The notes: a model not told the origin generated them from the letters alone. A stretch of 63,076 nucleotides of DNA, filler included, from Thermodesulfobacteriota bacterium (GCA_036381125.1; 9 parts of 9 records of this genome joined end to end with filler, not necessarily neighbours in it), one strand, 5' to 3'; positions 10,021 through 19,036 are shown, counted from the first letter of the whole stretch. Program-made: numbers and translations.

Positions 10021-10924
10021 GCCCGATGATCGTCAGCTGCGGAAGCTGCCAGAGCAAGTTCAGGATCGACCCGGCGAAGGTCCCGGCCTCGGGGACCCGA
10101 CTGCGTTGCCCGAAGTGCAAGGGGGTGATCACGGTCGGGCCGGCGACGCCGCCGGCCGCGCCGGCATCGGCCGCACCGGCTCGCGCCCCGGCGCCGGCTG
10201 CGGCTCCCGCACCGGGCCAGGCCGCGTCCCCTCCCCCCGGCGCGGGCCAGCCTCCGACGCAGGCGCCCGCGGCGCCCCTGGTCGTCGTCGCCCACGGCAA
10301 CGCCGCGTTCTGCGAGACGGTGGCGAGCTTCCTCGCGCGCAACCACTTCGGCTGCGAGACGGCGACCGACGGCGAGGCCGCGCTCGCCCTCGTCGCGGCG
10401 CGCCGGCCCGCGGCGCTGCTGGTCGACGTCGCCCTGCCGGGCGTCGTCGGCTACAAGGTCTGCGAGCAGATCAAGGCCGACCCCGCGCTCCAGGCGACGC
10501 GCGTCGTCCTCATCGGGGCGATCTACGACCGCTCGCGCTACCGCCGCCCGCCGGCCTCCCTCTACGGCTCGGACGCCTACATCGAGAAGCACGAGATCCC
10601 GGAGAAGCTCGTGCCGTTGCTGCGCAGCCTCCTGGCCGGCGAGACGGCCGCGCCGGAGGCCGGGAGCGCCGCGGCCCGGCCGGCGGCGAAGCCGGATGCG
10701 CCCGTCCCCGGCGCCGCGGCGGCGAAGTCGGCGCCGGCGCGGGAGCCCGCGGCCGCGCCGCCGAGGCCGCCGGCCGGCCCGGAGGCGGGCGGGTCGCCCG
10801 GCTCGGAGCAGGCTCGCCGCCTCGCCCGGATCATCGTGTCGGACATCGTGCTCTACAACCCCGACGTGGTGAAGCGGGGGATCGCCGAGGGGAACCTCCC
10901 CGACCTCCTCAAGGACGAGCTCAG
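10017..10924 (+). CDS. MJ0042-type Zn ribbon + atypical receiver + helical C-terminal domain (3' truncated by gap)
   Basis: CGSC...CPKC; LLVDVALPG receiver core; ARRLARIIVSDIVLYN; frame runs into the linker. Confidence 0.8.
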
Positions 10925-11024
10925 NNNNNNNNNNNNNNNNNNNNNNNNNNNNNNNNNNNNNNNNNNNNTTAATTAATTAANNNNNNNNNNNNNNNNNNNN
11001 NNNNNNNNNNNNNNNNNNNNNNNN
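10925..11024. other. Artificial contig linker
   Basis: 44 N + TTAATTAATTAA (stops in all frames) + 44 N. Confidence 0.99.
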
Positions 11025-11118
11025 GAGCGTGCCGGCGTCGTGGGGGCAAAAGCGGAACTCCATGACCAGGCAATCTAGCACGCGCGGCGCCGTCGCCGCG
11101 CCGCGCTACACTGGCGCC

Positions 11119-11652
11119 ATGGCCATCCTCAAGGTCCCCCGGCTCGGCCATCCGGTGCTCCGGATGGCGGCTCGACCGGTGCCGGTCGAGGCCATCCCGA
11201 CGCCGGAGATCCAGCGCCTCGTCGACGACATGATCGAGACGATGCACGACTACGCAGGCGTCGGCATCGCCGCGCCGCAGGTGCACGAGAGCCGGCGGAT
11301 CATCGTCCTCGAGTCGGCCGCGAACCCGCGCTACCCCGAGAAGCCGCCGGTGCCGCTGGCCGTCTACGTGAACCCGGTCCTGACCGTGCTCGGCGACGAG
11401 ACGGAGGACGACTGGGAAGGCTGCCTCTCGGTGCCCGACCTCCGGGGCATGGTCCCGCGCGCGACCCGCGTGCGGGTCGAGGCGTACGACCGGCAGGGGC
11501 AGCCGGTCGCCTTCGAGGCCACCGGGTGGCACGCGCGCATCCTGCAGCACGAGTGCGACCACATCGACGGGAAGGTCTTCCTCGACCGCATGCGGGACCT
11601 CTCGACGCTCACGCACCTGGCCGAGTTCGGCCGCTTCTGGGCGCCCCGGTAG
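11119..11652 (+). CDS. def: Peptide deformylase
   Basis: GVGIAAPQV, EGCLSVP, QHECDH; TACACT 6 nt before the ATG suggests a leaderless mRNA. Confidence 0.95.
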   Translation: MAILKVPRLGHPVLRMAARPVPVEAIPTPEIQRLVDDMIETMHDYAGVGIAAPQVHESRRIIVLESAANPRYPEKPPVPLAVYVNPVLTVLGDETEDDWEGCLSVPDLRGMVPRATRVRVEAYDRQGQPVAFEATGWHARILQHECDHIDGKVFLDRMRDLSTLTHLAEFGRFWAPR

Positions 11653-11655
11653 CGG

Positions 11656-12378
11656 ATGCCCGTCGCCGCCCCACGGCCGGCCTCGACGGTGGTGCTCCTG
11701 CGGCCGGGACCGCGCGGGTGCGAGGTGTACCTGCAGAAGCGGGCGGACACGCTCCGCTTCGCGCCCGGCTGTTACGTCTTCCCCGGAGGCGCCCTCGACC
11801 CCGAGGACGGGGCGCCCGAGGCGCTCGCGCGCCTCGGCGGGGAGGGGCGATGGGTCTCCGGCGACCCGGACGTGACGCCGGCCCACGCGGTGGCGGCGCT
11901 CCGGGAGTGCTACGAGGAGGCGGGCGTCCTCCTCGCGCGCGACGCCGCGGGCCGGCCGGCGCATGCCGACGCCGGGCGGGCGGCCCGCCTGGCAGCGGCC
12001 CGGCCGTCCGTCGAGGCGCGCGGCGGCGCCGCGGCCTTCGTGGCCCTCCTCCATCGCGAAGCGCTCACGCTCGACGGCGGCGCGCTGCGATACGTCTCGC
12101 ACTGGGTCACACCGTCGTGGCAGCCGCTCCGGTTCGACACGCGCTTCTTCCTGGCGGCGCTCCCGGACGGCGCGAGCCCCGGCTCCTGCAGCGGGGAGTC
12201 GGTGGAGGGCGGGTGGTGGGACCCGCGAGCGGCGCTCGCGGCCTGCGAAGCCGGACGGATGCAGATGCTCCGGCCCACCGAGACGATGCTGTGGTTCCTG
12301 CGTCAGTTCGATACGTTCGAGGAGGTCGTTCGAGCCTGTGACGACGCCAGCCTCAAGGTCGAAGGGCGGAGGGGCTAG
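11656..12378 (+). CDS. NUDIX hydrolase (Nudt19-like)
   Basis: PRPASTVVLLR, VFPGG, AALRECYEEAG, HWVTP, RFDTRFF. Confidence 0.88.
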   Translation: MPVAAPRPASTVVLLRPGPRGCEVYLQKRADTLRFAPGCYVFPGGALDPEDGAPEALARLGGEGRWVSGDPDVTPAHAVAALRECYEEAGVLLARDAAGRPAHADAGRAARLAAARPSVEARGGAAAFVALLHREALTLDGGALRYVSHWVTPSWQPLRFDTRFFLAALPDGASPGSCSGESVEGGWWDPRAALAACEAGRMQMLRPTETMLWFLRQFDTFEEVVRACDDASLKVEGRRG

Positions 12379-13186
12379 GCCGCCGCGGATCGTGCCGGGC
12401 CTCGATCCGGGGCCGTTCACCGGCGCGGGCAGCCGCACCTACCTCGTCGGCGAGGGGCGGCCGATCCTCGTCGACACCGGGTCGGGCGTCGCGGCCTATG
12501 CCGACCGCCTCGCCGAGGCGCTCGGCGAGGAGGCGGGGCCTCCGGCGCTCGTCCTCGTGACGCACCACCACGCGGACCACCAGGGCGGTCTCGCCCAGGT
12601 CGCGGCGCTCGCGCCGGGGGCGCCGATGTGGAAGCGGCCGCACCCGAAGGATCGGGTGCCGCCGGCGCGCGCGCTCGCGGGCGGGGAGACGATCGAGGCC
12701 GACGGCGTCCGCCTCGAAGCGCTCTTCACGCCGGGGCACGCGAGCGACCACCTCTGCTTCTACTGGAGGGAGGCGCGGGCCCTCTTCACCGGCGACCTGA
12801 TCCTCGGCGGCAGCCCGACGATCATCCCGGTGGGCGACGGCGACCTGGCGCAGTACCTCGACTCGCTCGAGCGGCTCCTCGGTCTCGACCTCGAGGTGCT
12901 CTACCCCGGTCACGGCGACCCCATCACCGACCCGCACGCCTACATCCGCGGCTACATCGCCCACCGGAAGATGCGCGAAGGCCAGACGCTCGACGCCCTG
13001 CGCGCCGGTCTCCACACGGCGGCCGCCATCGCGGCGCGCATCTACCCGCCGCTCGGCCCGGGCCTGCGCCGCGCGGCGCGCGACCAGGTCTTCTCGATCC
13101 TGCTCAAGCTCGAGAAGGAGGGCGTGCTGGTCCGCCACCCCGCGGAGCCGGCCGATCCGGGCGAGCCGGTCTTCCGGCTCGCGTGA
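12338..13186 (+). CDS. MBL-fold metallo-hydrolase (LACTB2-like); start uncertain
   Basis: PGPFTGAG-x-TYLVG, THHHADH, TPGHASDH, FTGD, YPGHG. Confidence 0.85.
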   Translation: MTTPASRSKGGGARPPRIVPGLDPGPFTGAGSRTYLVGEGRPILVDTGSGVAAYADRLAEALGEEAGPPALVLVTHHHADHQGGLAQVAALAPGAPMWKRPHPKDRVPPARALAGGETIEADGVRLEALFTPGHASDHLCFYWREARALFTGDLILGGSPTIIPVGDGDLAQYLDSLERLLGLDLEVLYPGHGDPITDPHAYIRGYIAHRKMREGQTLDALRAGLHTAAAIAARIYPPLGPGLRRAARDQVFSILLKLEKEGVLVRHPAEPADPGEPVFRLA

Positions 13187-13199
13187 GCGGGGCCCCGGC

Positions 13200-13706
13200 A
13201 TGACGCCGTCCCTTCGCCTCGCCGCGGGCCTCCTCCTCGGCGCGCTCATCGGCGCCGTGCTCGGCTTCCTGATCGGCGGCGGCGTGGTCTTCGGCCGGTC
13301 GCTCGTCGCCGACCTCTGGCGCCCCGAGGGGGGCTTCTCGATCGTCCTCGAGAACGGAACCCGCATCGCGGCCATCGTGGGGCGCCTCTTCGCGCTCCCG
13401 GCGGCGGTCGGCGGCGGGGTGGCCGGACTGGTCGGCTTCCGGCCGGGACGGGAGACCGCCTTTCGCCGCGCGCCGGGTCCCGCCGGCCCGGCCGTCGCCG
13501 GCCTCGTCGTCGCCGCGCTGGCCGCGCCGGCCGGTCTCGGGCTCTACGTGTCCGAGGTGCTGGGCCCGGGCGCGAGCCGCGCCGGCGCCCTGCCGCTCTT
13601 CGTGCTGCTGCGCGCGGCCGTGCTCTGCGGCGTCGCCGGCCTGCTGGCAGGCCTCGCCGTCGGCCGGCTGGCCGCCAGGCCCGCGCGCCGCACGCGCCTC
13701 GAGTAG
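13200..13706 (+). CDS. Hypothetical membrane protein (~4 TM)
   Basis: Gly/Ala/Leu-rich hydrophobic segments; co-oriented with neighbours. Confidence 0.6.
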   Translation: MTPSLRLAAGLLLGALIGAVLGFLIGGGVVFGRSLVADLWRPEGGFSIVLENGTRIAAIVGRLFALPAAVGGGVAGLVGFRPGRETAFRRAPGPAGPAVAGLVVAALAAPAGLGLYVSEVLGPGASRAGALPLFVLLRAAVLCGVAGLLAGLAVGRLAARPARRTRLE

Positions 13707-13762
13707 TCGACACGCCCCGCCCGACGTGCTACCACGGAGCGGCGAGCGACGGAGGGAGGGGG

Positions 13763-14464
13763 ATGCGCGACGCGACGCCGCGGGGCATGGCGCGCGGCAC
13801 CACCGGGCGGTGGCTCACCGAGGCGCGGGCCCGGGTGGCGGAAACCGCCAACCGGATCTACGAGCGGGGGCTCACCTGCGCGGCCGGCGGCAACATCAGC
13901 GCGCGCGCGGGCGACCGCGTGGTCATCACGCCGGCCGGCCGCTCCCTCCGCATGGTCGACCGCCGCGACCTCTCGGTGATCGACCTCGAAGGCCGTCACC
14001 TCGACGGCCCACCTCCCTCGAGCGAGCGGCTCCTGCACCTGGCCGTCTATCGCCGCCGGCCGGACGTGGCGTTCGTCGTGCACGCCCACGCGCCCTACGC
14101 CATCGCCGTCTCGTGCCTGCCGCCCCGTGACGACGGCGCCGCCATGCCCGCGTACACGGGCGGCTACGCCATCATGATCGGGCGGCTGCCGCTCGTGCCG
14201 CACTACATCCCGAGCACGCCGGGGCTGGCCGAGGCGGCGGCCGACGCCCTCGCCGAGACCGACGCCGCCCTGCTCGCGAACCACGGCACGGTCGCGGTGG
14301 GGCGCGACCCCGAGGGGCCGTTCCAGCTCACCGAGTTGATCGAGGAGAACGCCCTCGTCCACGTCACCGTGGGCGATCGGGCGAGGGCGCTCGACGACGA
14401 GGAGATCGAGGAGTGCCGGCGGCTCTACCGGAAGCCGCCAGCGCCGGTCTTCCGCCCGCGCTGA
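13763..14464 (+). CDS. Class II aldolase/adducin family protein
   Basis: GGNIS, PSSE-x-x-LH, VHAHAPY, LLANHG. Confidence 0.88.
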   Translation: MRDATPRGMARGTTGRWLTEARARVAETANRIYERGLTCAAGGNISARAGDRVVITPAGRSLRMVDRRDLSVIDLEGRHLDGPPPSSERLLHLAVYRRRPDVAFVVHAHAPYAIAVSCLPPRDDGAAMPAYTGGYAIMIGRLPLVPHYIPSTPGLAEAAADALAETDAALLANHGTVAVGRDPEGPFQLTELIEENALVHVTVGDRARALDDEEIEECRRLYRKPPAPVFRPR

Positions 14465-14482
14465 CGGCGCCCGTAAACGAGA

Positions 14483-14558
14483 GGGGTCAGCCCCCCACGC
14501 TTGCCCGCCTGGAAAACGGAAAGACCTGACCCCCTGGAAAATGGAAAGACCTGACCCC
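14483..14558. repeat. REP-like element with tandem 25-bp duplication
   Basis: GGGGTCAG...GACCTGACCCC termini; CTGGAAAA(C/T)GGAAAGACCTGACCCC at 14509-14533 and 14534-14558; homologue at 18605-18654. Confidence 0.75.
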
Positions 14559-14560
14559 GG

Positions 14561-15883
14561 TTAGCGCGCTGCGTCGAGCGCCGCCTCGAGGATGCCGAGC
14601 CCCGCCTCGAGGTCCGCGTCGTCGATGACGAGCGGCATGAGGGTGCGCAGCACGTTGGCGTGCATCCCGGCGGTGAGGATCATGAGGCCCCGGGCGAGCG
14701 CCGCCTGCTGCACCGCCCTGGCCCGGCCGGCGTCGGGCGCCCTGGACCGTGGGTCCTTGACGAACTCGAGCGCCTGCATGGCGCCGACCCCGCGCGCCTC
14801 GCCGATGAACGGGAAGCGCTCGGCGAACCGCTGGAAGCGCTCCGCGACGACCGCGCCGATGCGCGCGCCGCGCTCGACGAGCCGTTCCGACTCGAAGACG
14901 TCCAGCACGGCCAGCGCCGCCGCGCATGCCACCGGGTTGCCGCCGTACGTGCTGCCGAGGCCGCCGACCGGCGGCGCGTCCATGAGGTCCGCCCGACCGG
15001 TGACGGCGGCGAGCGGCAGCCCCCCGGCGAGCGACTTGGCCAGCGCGGTGAGGTCGGCGTGGATGCCCGCGTGCTCCATTCCGAACATCCGACCCGTCCG
15101 GCCGAAGCCGGTCTGGACCTCGTCGACGACGAGGACCGATCCGTTGCGCGTGCACCAGGCGCGTAGCGCCTTCAGGCACTCGGGCGGCACGGGCAGGAAG
15201 CCCCCCTCGCCCGCGACCGGCTCGACGACGACCGCGGCGACCGACGACGGCGCGACCACCGCGAGGAGGTGCTCGGCGAACCAGTCCTCCCAGGCCTGCG
15301 ACGAGGCGGCCGCGCCGGCCGCCGGGTCGCGGTACGGGTGCGGCAGGTGGTAGACCTCCGGCGCGAAGGGGCCGAAGCCGGCCTTGTAGGGATGGACCTT
15401 CCCCGTGAGCGTCATCCCGAGGAGCGTGCGGCCGTGGAACGACTGCTCGAAGGCGACGACGGCCGGCCGGCCGGTGGCCGCGCGGGCGATCTTGACGGCG
15501 TTCTCGACCGCCTCGGCGCCGCTGTTGAGCAGGATCGTCTTCTTCGGTCCCGGACCCGGGACCAGCGCGTTCAGCCGCTCGCAGAGGGCGACGTAGGGCT
15601 CGTAGGCGGCGACGGGGAAGCAGGTGTGGGTGAGCCGGCGGACCTGGGCCTCGACCGCGGCGACCACCTTCGGGTGGGCGTGGCCGACGTTGAGCGTGCC
15701 GATGCCGCCGGTGAAGTCGATGTAGGTGCGGCCGTCCACGTCCGTGAGCCGGGCGCCGGCGGCGTGCGCCGCTGCGATCGGGAGGCTCACGGCCACGCCG
15801 CGCGCGACCGCCTGCTCCCGGCGCGCGAGCATGCGCGCGGTCTGCGGCGAGGCCTGGGTGTCCGGTCCGGTGGTCGTCGACAT
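14561..15883 (-). CDS. gabT: 4-aminobutyrate aminotransferase (class III PLP)
   Basis: DFTGGIGTLNVGH, NSGAEAVENAVK, SFHGRT, EPVAGEGG, DEVQTGFGRTG, AKSLAGG, TYGGNP. Confidence 0.9.
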   Translation of the reverse strand: MSTTTGPDTQASPQTARMLARREQAVARGVAVSLPIAAAHAAGARLTDVDGRTYIDFTGGIGTLNVGHAHPKVVAAVEAQVRRLTHTCFPVAAYEPYVALCERLNALVPGPGPKKTILLNSGAEAVENAVKIARAATGRPAVVAFEQSFHGRTLLGMTLTGKVHPYKAGFGPFAPEVYHLPHPYRDPAAGAAASSQAWEDWFAEHLLAVVAPSSVAAVVVEPVAGEGGFLPVPPECLKALRAWCTRNGSVLVVDEVQTGFGRTGRMFGMEHAGIHADLTALAKSLAGGLPLAAVTGRADLMDAPPVGGLGSTYGGNPVACAAALAVLDVFESERLVERGARIGAVVAERFQRFAERFPFIGEARGVGAMQALEFVKDPRSRAPDAGRARAVQQAALARGLMILTAGMHANVLRTLMPLVIDDADLEAGLGILEAALDAAR

Positions 15884-15948
15884 GGGGTCCTCCGGGCAGG
15901 GTCGTCGTGGGAGAGCCGCCGTCGAGTCTCGGCGCTCGCGACGCAGGC

Positions 15949-15978
15949 AGCGTAGAACCCGCACGAGAGCCTTGTCAA
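15949..15978 (-). promoter_or_regulatory. Putative sigma70 promoter of gabT
   Basis: Minus strand TTGACA-18-TACGCT. Confidence 0.55.
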
Positions 15979-16123
15979 CGCAGGCACCCGAGCGGTGGAG
16001 CGCCCCGGGAAGCGGGACCGGGCCGCCGATCACCGCGCAGCCGGAGCCGAGGGTCGGCTCCCGAGCGACGGCCCGGTCGGCGTCGTCCCGGCGGAGGCCC
16101 TGGCGTCCATACCGGCCCGGTCC

Positions 16124-16139
16124 GGGCATGCGGCTTGCT
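16124..16139 (+). promoter_or_regulatory. Possible sigma54 promoter
   Basis: GGGCATGCGGCTTGCT has GG-N10-GC spacing and TTGCT, 46 bp before ATG 16186. Confidence 0.45.
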
Positions 16140-16185
16140 CTCGCGGGGTGAGTGATGGCCTGAGCTGTCCAGGGGACCTTCTAGT

Positions 16186-16941
16186 ATGACCATGGAGACG
16201 ACACGGGTCGAACGGGTCGATGCCGGGGCGCCGGGTTGGCAGAAGGTGCGCTGGGGCGCCGTGTTCGCCGGCCTCGTCATCGCCCTCGTCACGCAGATGC
16301 TGCTCACGGTGCTGGGCCTCGCCGTCGGGCTCACCGCCGTCGATCCCCGCCAGGGCGCCCCGGGTTCGGAGCTCGGATGGGGCGCCGCCGTCTGGGGGGT
16401 GGTGAGCCTCCTCTGCTCCCTCTTCGTCGGCGGCTACGTGGCCGGCCGCCTTTCCGGCGTTCTCCAGAAGGGCGAGGGGGCGATGAACGGCGTCCTCGTC
16501 TGGGCACTCCTGCTGCTCGCGACCGTATGGCTCGTGAGCTCCGGCGTGGGCTCGCTCCTCTCGGGGGCCTTCTCGGTCGTCGCCGGCGTGACGCAGGCGG
16601 CCGGGACCGCGGTCGCGCAGGGCGCGGCCGCCGGCGCGGCGTCGGGGCAGGACGTCGCGAGCCAGGCCCAGCAGTCGGCCGAGCGTGCCGGCGTCGACGT
16701 CGACCGGCTCAAGCAACAGGCCCAGCAGGCCGCCGAGCAGGCGCAGCAGACCGTCCAGCAGCTCGGTCAATCGGGATCGGCCGCCAGCCAGCAGGCGCGG
16801 GAGACCGCGGCGGCGGCGACCGAGTACGCCGCGACCGGGGCGTGGGTGCTCCTCGTGGCCGCCCTCCTCGGGCTGGCCGTGGCCGCGTGGGGCGGCGCGA
16901 CCGGGGCGCGCGACCTCGACCGGGTCCGCGTGAAGGCGTGA
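16186..16941 (+). CDS. Membrane protein of the WGAVFAG type with Gln/Ala-rich coiled region
   Basis: VRWGAVFAG, GGYVAGRL, GVLVWAL; four TM segments; Q-rich linker. Confidence 0.75.
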   Translation: MTMETTRVERVDAGAPGWQKVRWGAVFAGLVIALVTQMLLTVLGLAVGLTAVDPRQGAPGSELGWGAAVWGVVSLLCSLFVGGYVAGRLSGVLQKGEGAMNGVLVWALLLLATVWLVSSGVGSLLSGAFSVVAGVTQAAGTAVAQGAAAGAASGQDVASQAQQSAERAGVDVDRLKQQAQQAAEQAQQTVQQLGQSGSAASQQARETAAAATEYAATGAWVLLVAALLGLAVAAWGGATGARDLDRVRVKA

Positions 16942-16943
16942 CC

Positions 16944-17285
16944 GTGGGCGATACCACGGTCAAGAAGGTCGACTCGAGGCACTCGCCGCACGGCGCCGCG
17001 GGGCAGAAGTACCTGGCCTCGGGCAAGAGCGTGTCGATGCGGCTGTGGGAGCGCGAGCCGCCGGGCGACGTGAAGCCGGCCTCGCGCCGGGACTACGAGA
17101 CGGTCGGCTACGTGATCGACGGCAAGGCGGAGCTGATGATCGAGGGTCAGACGGTCCGCCTGGAGCCGGGCAACTCGTGGGTCGTGCCGCGCGGTGCCGA
17201 GCACGCCTACCGCGTCCTCGAGCCCTTCACCGCCGTCGAGGCGACGTCGCCTCCGGCGCAGGTGCACGGGCGGGACGAGCCGTAG
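16944..17285 (+). CDS. Cupin domain protein
   Basis: SMRLW, DYETVGYVI, PGNSWVVPRGAEHAY, EATSPPA; start is GTG 16938 or 16944. Confidence 0.85.
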   Translation: MGDTTVKKVDSRHSPHGAAGQKYLASGKSVSMRLWEREPPGDVKPASRRDYETVGYVIDGKAELMIEGQTVRLEPGNSWVVPRGAEHAYRVLEPFTAVEATSPPAQVHGRDEP

Positions 17286-17412
17286 CGGCGGCTCGGGCGG
17301 CGAGCCGGCCCTCGCGGCCGGCGTGAACGACGGTTCGCTCGCGGCGTCCGGTCTACGCAGCGCCGGCTTCGCGGGTGCACGAACGGCTCCGGCGAGCGAA
17401 AGGAGTCAAAGC

Positions 17413-17697
17413 ATGGCCAGGACCTTCGAGCGGACGCAGCAGGCCGGCACGGAGGCCGGACAGTACACCGAAGGCCGTATGGCCAAGATGATCGAGAGCC
17501 AGACCAGCAAGCTGCCATCCGACATCTGGCTCTGGGCCGCTGGGGCGTCGATCCTGGGATCGCTTGCGCTTCAGTGCAGCGGCCAGCGACACGCGAGCCT
17601 CTTCGTGGGGCAGTGGGCCCCCACGTTCCTCATTCTCGGCCTGTACAACAAGATGGTGAAGCAGCTCGGGTCGGACCGGATGGACCGGACGGCCTGA
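17413..17697 (+). CDS. Small conserved-looking membrane protein
   Basis: AAGGAG RBS; KLPSDIWLWAAG...LFVGQWAPTFLILGLYNK. Confidence 0.75.
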   Translation: MARTFERTQQAGTEAGQYTEGRMAKMIESQTSKLPSDIWLWAAGASILGSLALQCSGQRHASLFVGQWAPTFLILGLYNKMVKQLGSDRMDRTA

Positions 17698-17785
17698 CGG
17701 GACGCCTCGCACCACCGCCGGCCGGGCGGCCGACATCGCTGCCGCCACACGAGCGCGCCGCGCGGCCGGGTCTCCGCCGGCGGTG

Positions 17786-17885
17786 NNNNNNNNNNNNNNN
17801 NNNNNNNNNNNNNNNNNNNNNNNNNNNNNTTAATTAATTAANNNNNNNNNNNNNNNNNNNNNNNNNNNNNNNNNNNNNNNNNNNN
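17786..17885. other. Artificial contig linker
   Basis: 44 N + TTAATTAATTAA + 44 N. Confidence 0.99.
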
Positions 17886-17886
17886 C

Positions 17887-18396
17887 GTGGCGGAGCTGAT
17901 CCGGGGGAAGGCCGGGCGGGTCGTGGGGGACCTCGTGAGCCTCCTCGCGGTCGTCAAGGGGCTTCCGCTGGCCTACAACCGGGACCTCCAGGAGGACAAG
18001 GAGCCGCTCTTCGACGCCGTGGACACGGTCGAGGCGTCGCTCGGCGTGCTGCCGCCGCTCCTGCGCTCGATGCGCGTCAGGACGGACGTGATGCGCGCCG
18101 CGACGCGGGGCGGCTTCCTCACCGCGACCGACGCCGCCGACTACCTCGTGCTCAAGGGGATGCCGTTCCGCAAGGCGCACGAGGTGGTGGGCAGGCTCGT
18201 GGCCGAGGCGATCCGCCGCGGCGTCGACCTCTCGGAGCTGCCGCTCGACGTGTTCCGCGCGGCGGCGCCGGAGTTCGACGAGGACGTCTACCGCGCGCTC
18301 GACGTCGACCGCTCGGTGGCGAGCCGGCGGTCCCACGGCGGCACCGCGCACGAGGCGGTCCGGGCCCGCCTGCGCCAGCTCGGGTACCTCTCGTGA
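17887..18396 (+). CDS. argH: Argininosuccinate lyase, C-terminal part (5' truncated)
   Basis: ELIRGKAGRV, KGLPLAYNRDLQEDKE, ATDAADYLV, PFRKAHEVVG. Confidence 0.95.
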   Translation: MAELIRGKAGRVVGDLVSLLAVVKGLPLAYNRDLQEDKEPLFDAVDTVEASLGVLPPLLRSMRVRTDVMRAATRGGFLTATDAADYLVLKGMPFRKAHEVVGRLVAEAIRRGVDLSELPLDVFRAAAPEFDEDVYRALDVDRSVASRRSHGGTAHEAVRARLRQLGYLS

Positions 18397-18581
18397 GGCG
18401 CCTGGCGCTTCTCCTCCTCGCGGGTGCGCCGCTCGTCCTCGCCGGCTGCGGCAAGAAGGGGCCGCCGCAGCCGCCCATCCGCGCGCCGCGGCCGGCCGCC
18501 TCGCCCGCCGCCGCCCCGACGCCGACCGCGACTCCCGCACCCACGCCGCCGGCCGGCGTGCCGGGCCAGGATCTCCCGTAA
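18393..18581 (+). CDS. LptM/YifL-like small lipoprotein
   Basis: Lipobox LAGC followed by GKKGPP; Pro-rich tail; GTGA overlap with argH. Confidence 0.7.
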   Translation: MRRLALLLLAGAPLVLAGCGKKGPPQPPIRAPRPAASPAAAPTPTATPAPTPPAGVPGQDLP

Positions 18582-18604
18582 GCCCGCGGTGGGTCTCTGC
18601 CGCT

Positions 18605-18654
18605 GGGGCCAGGTCTCCACGCTTTCCGACTGGAAAACGGAAAGGCCTGACCCC
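18605..18654. repeat. REP-like element, second copy
   Basis: GGGGCCAGGTCTCCACGCTTTCCGACTGGAAAACGGAAAGGCCTGACCCC aligns with 14483-14533. Confidence 0.75.
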
Positions 18655-18979
18655 GGGTCGAGTCAAGGATCTCCAGCGCGTCGGCGAGGTCTGCCACGCG
18701 GAGTGCCATCGGACCGCCGGTGCCGACGATGCTGTCGGTGCCGACGGCCAGGTATGGCCCGGCTGCTCCCGGATCGGCCGCGTCCACGACCCGGACGGAA
18801 TCATCGTCGCCGACGTCGATGACGTAACCGGCGTCGATGTCGCCGGGGGCCCGGGCGGCAAGGAGCCGCCCGTCGGCGCTCCAGACGGGGGCATCGAACT
18901 CCGTGTCCTCGGCGACGTGGATCGAGTCGTCGGTGCGGTCGTAAGCAGACGAAGGCGAGATAGCGGCCGTGCTATGGCT
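18655..18979 (-). pseudogene. Possible start-less gene remnant (TolB/PD40-like motif)
   Basis: Open minus frame after an in-frame TGA at 18980-18982 reads ...FDAPVWSADGRLLAARAPG...; no start codon precedes the motif. Confidence 0.3.
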
Positions 18980-19036
18980 TCACGCCGCGAGGCTGTAACG
19001 GACGTTGCGGAGGGGGTCGTCCGCGCGCGGAGGCCC

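Noticed and set aside
10969..10980. TTAATTAATTAA as a biological motif
   Set aside because: Identical in all eight gaps and flanked by 44 N on each side; a synthetic linker.
14509..14558. Tandem 25-bp repeats as a CRISPR array
   Set aside because: Two abutting units, no spacer, no cas genes; better explained as a REP-like duplication.
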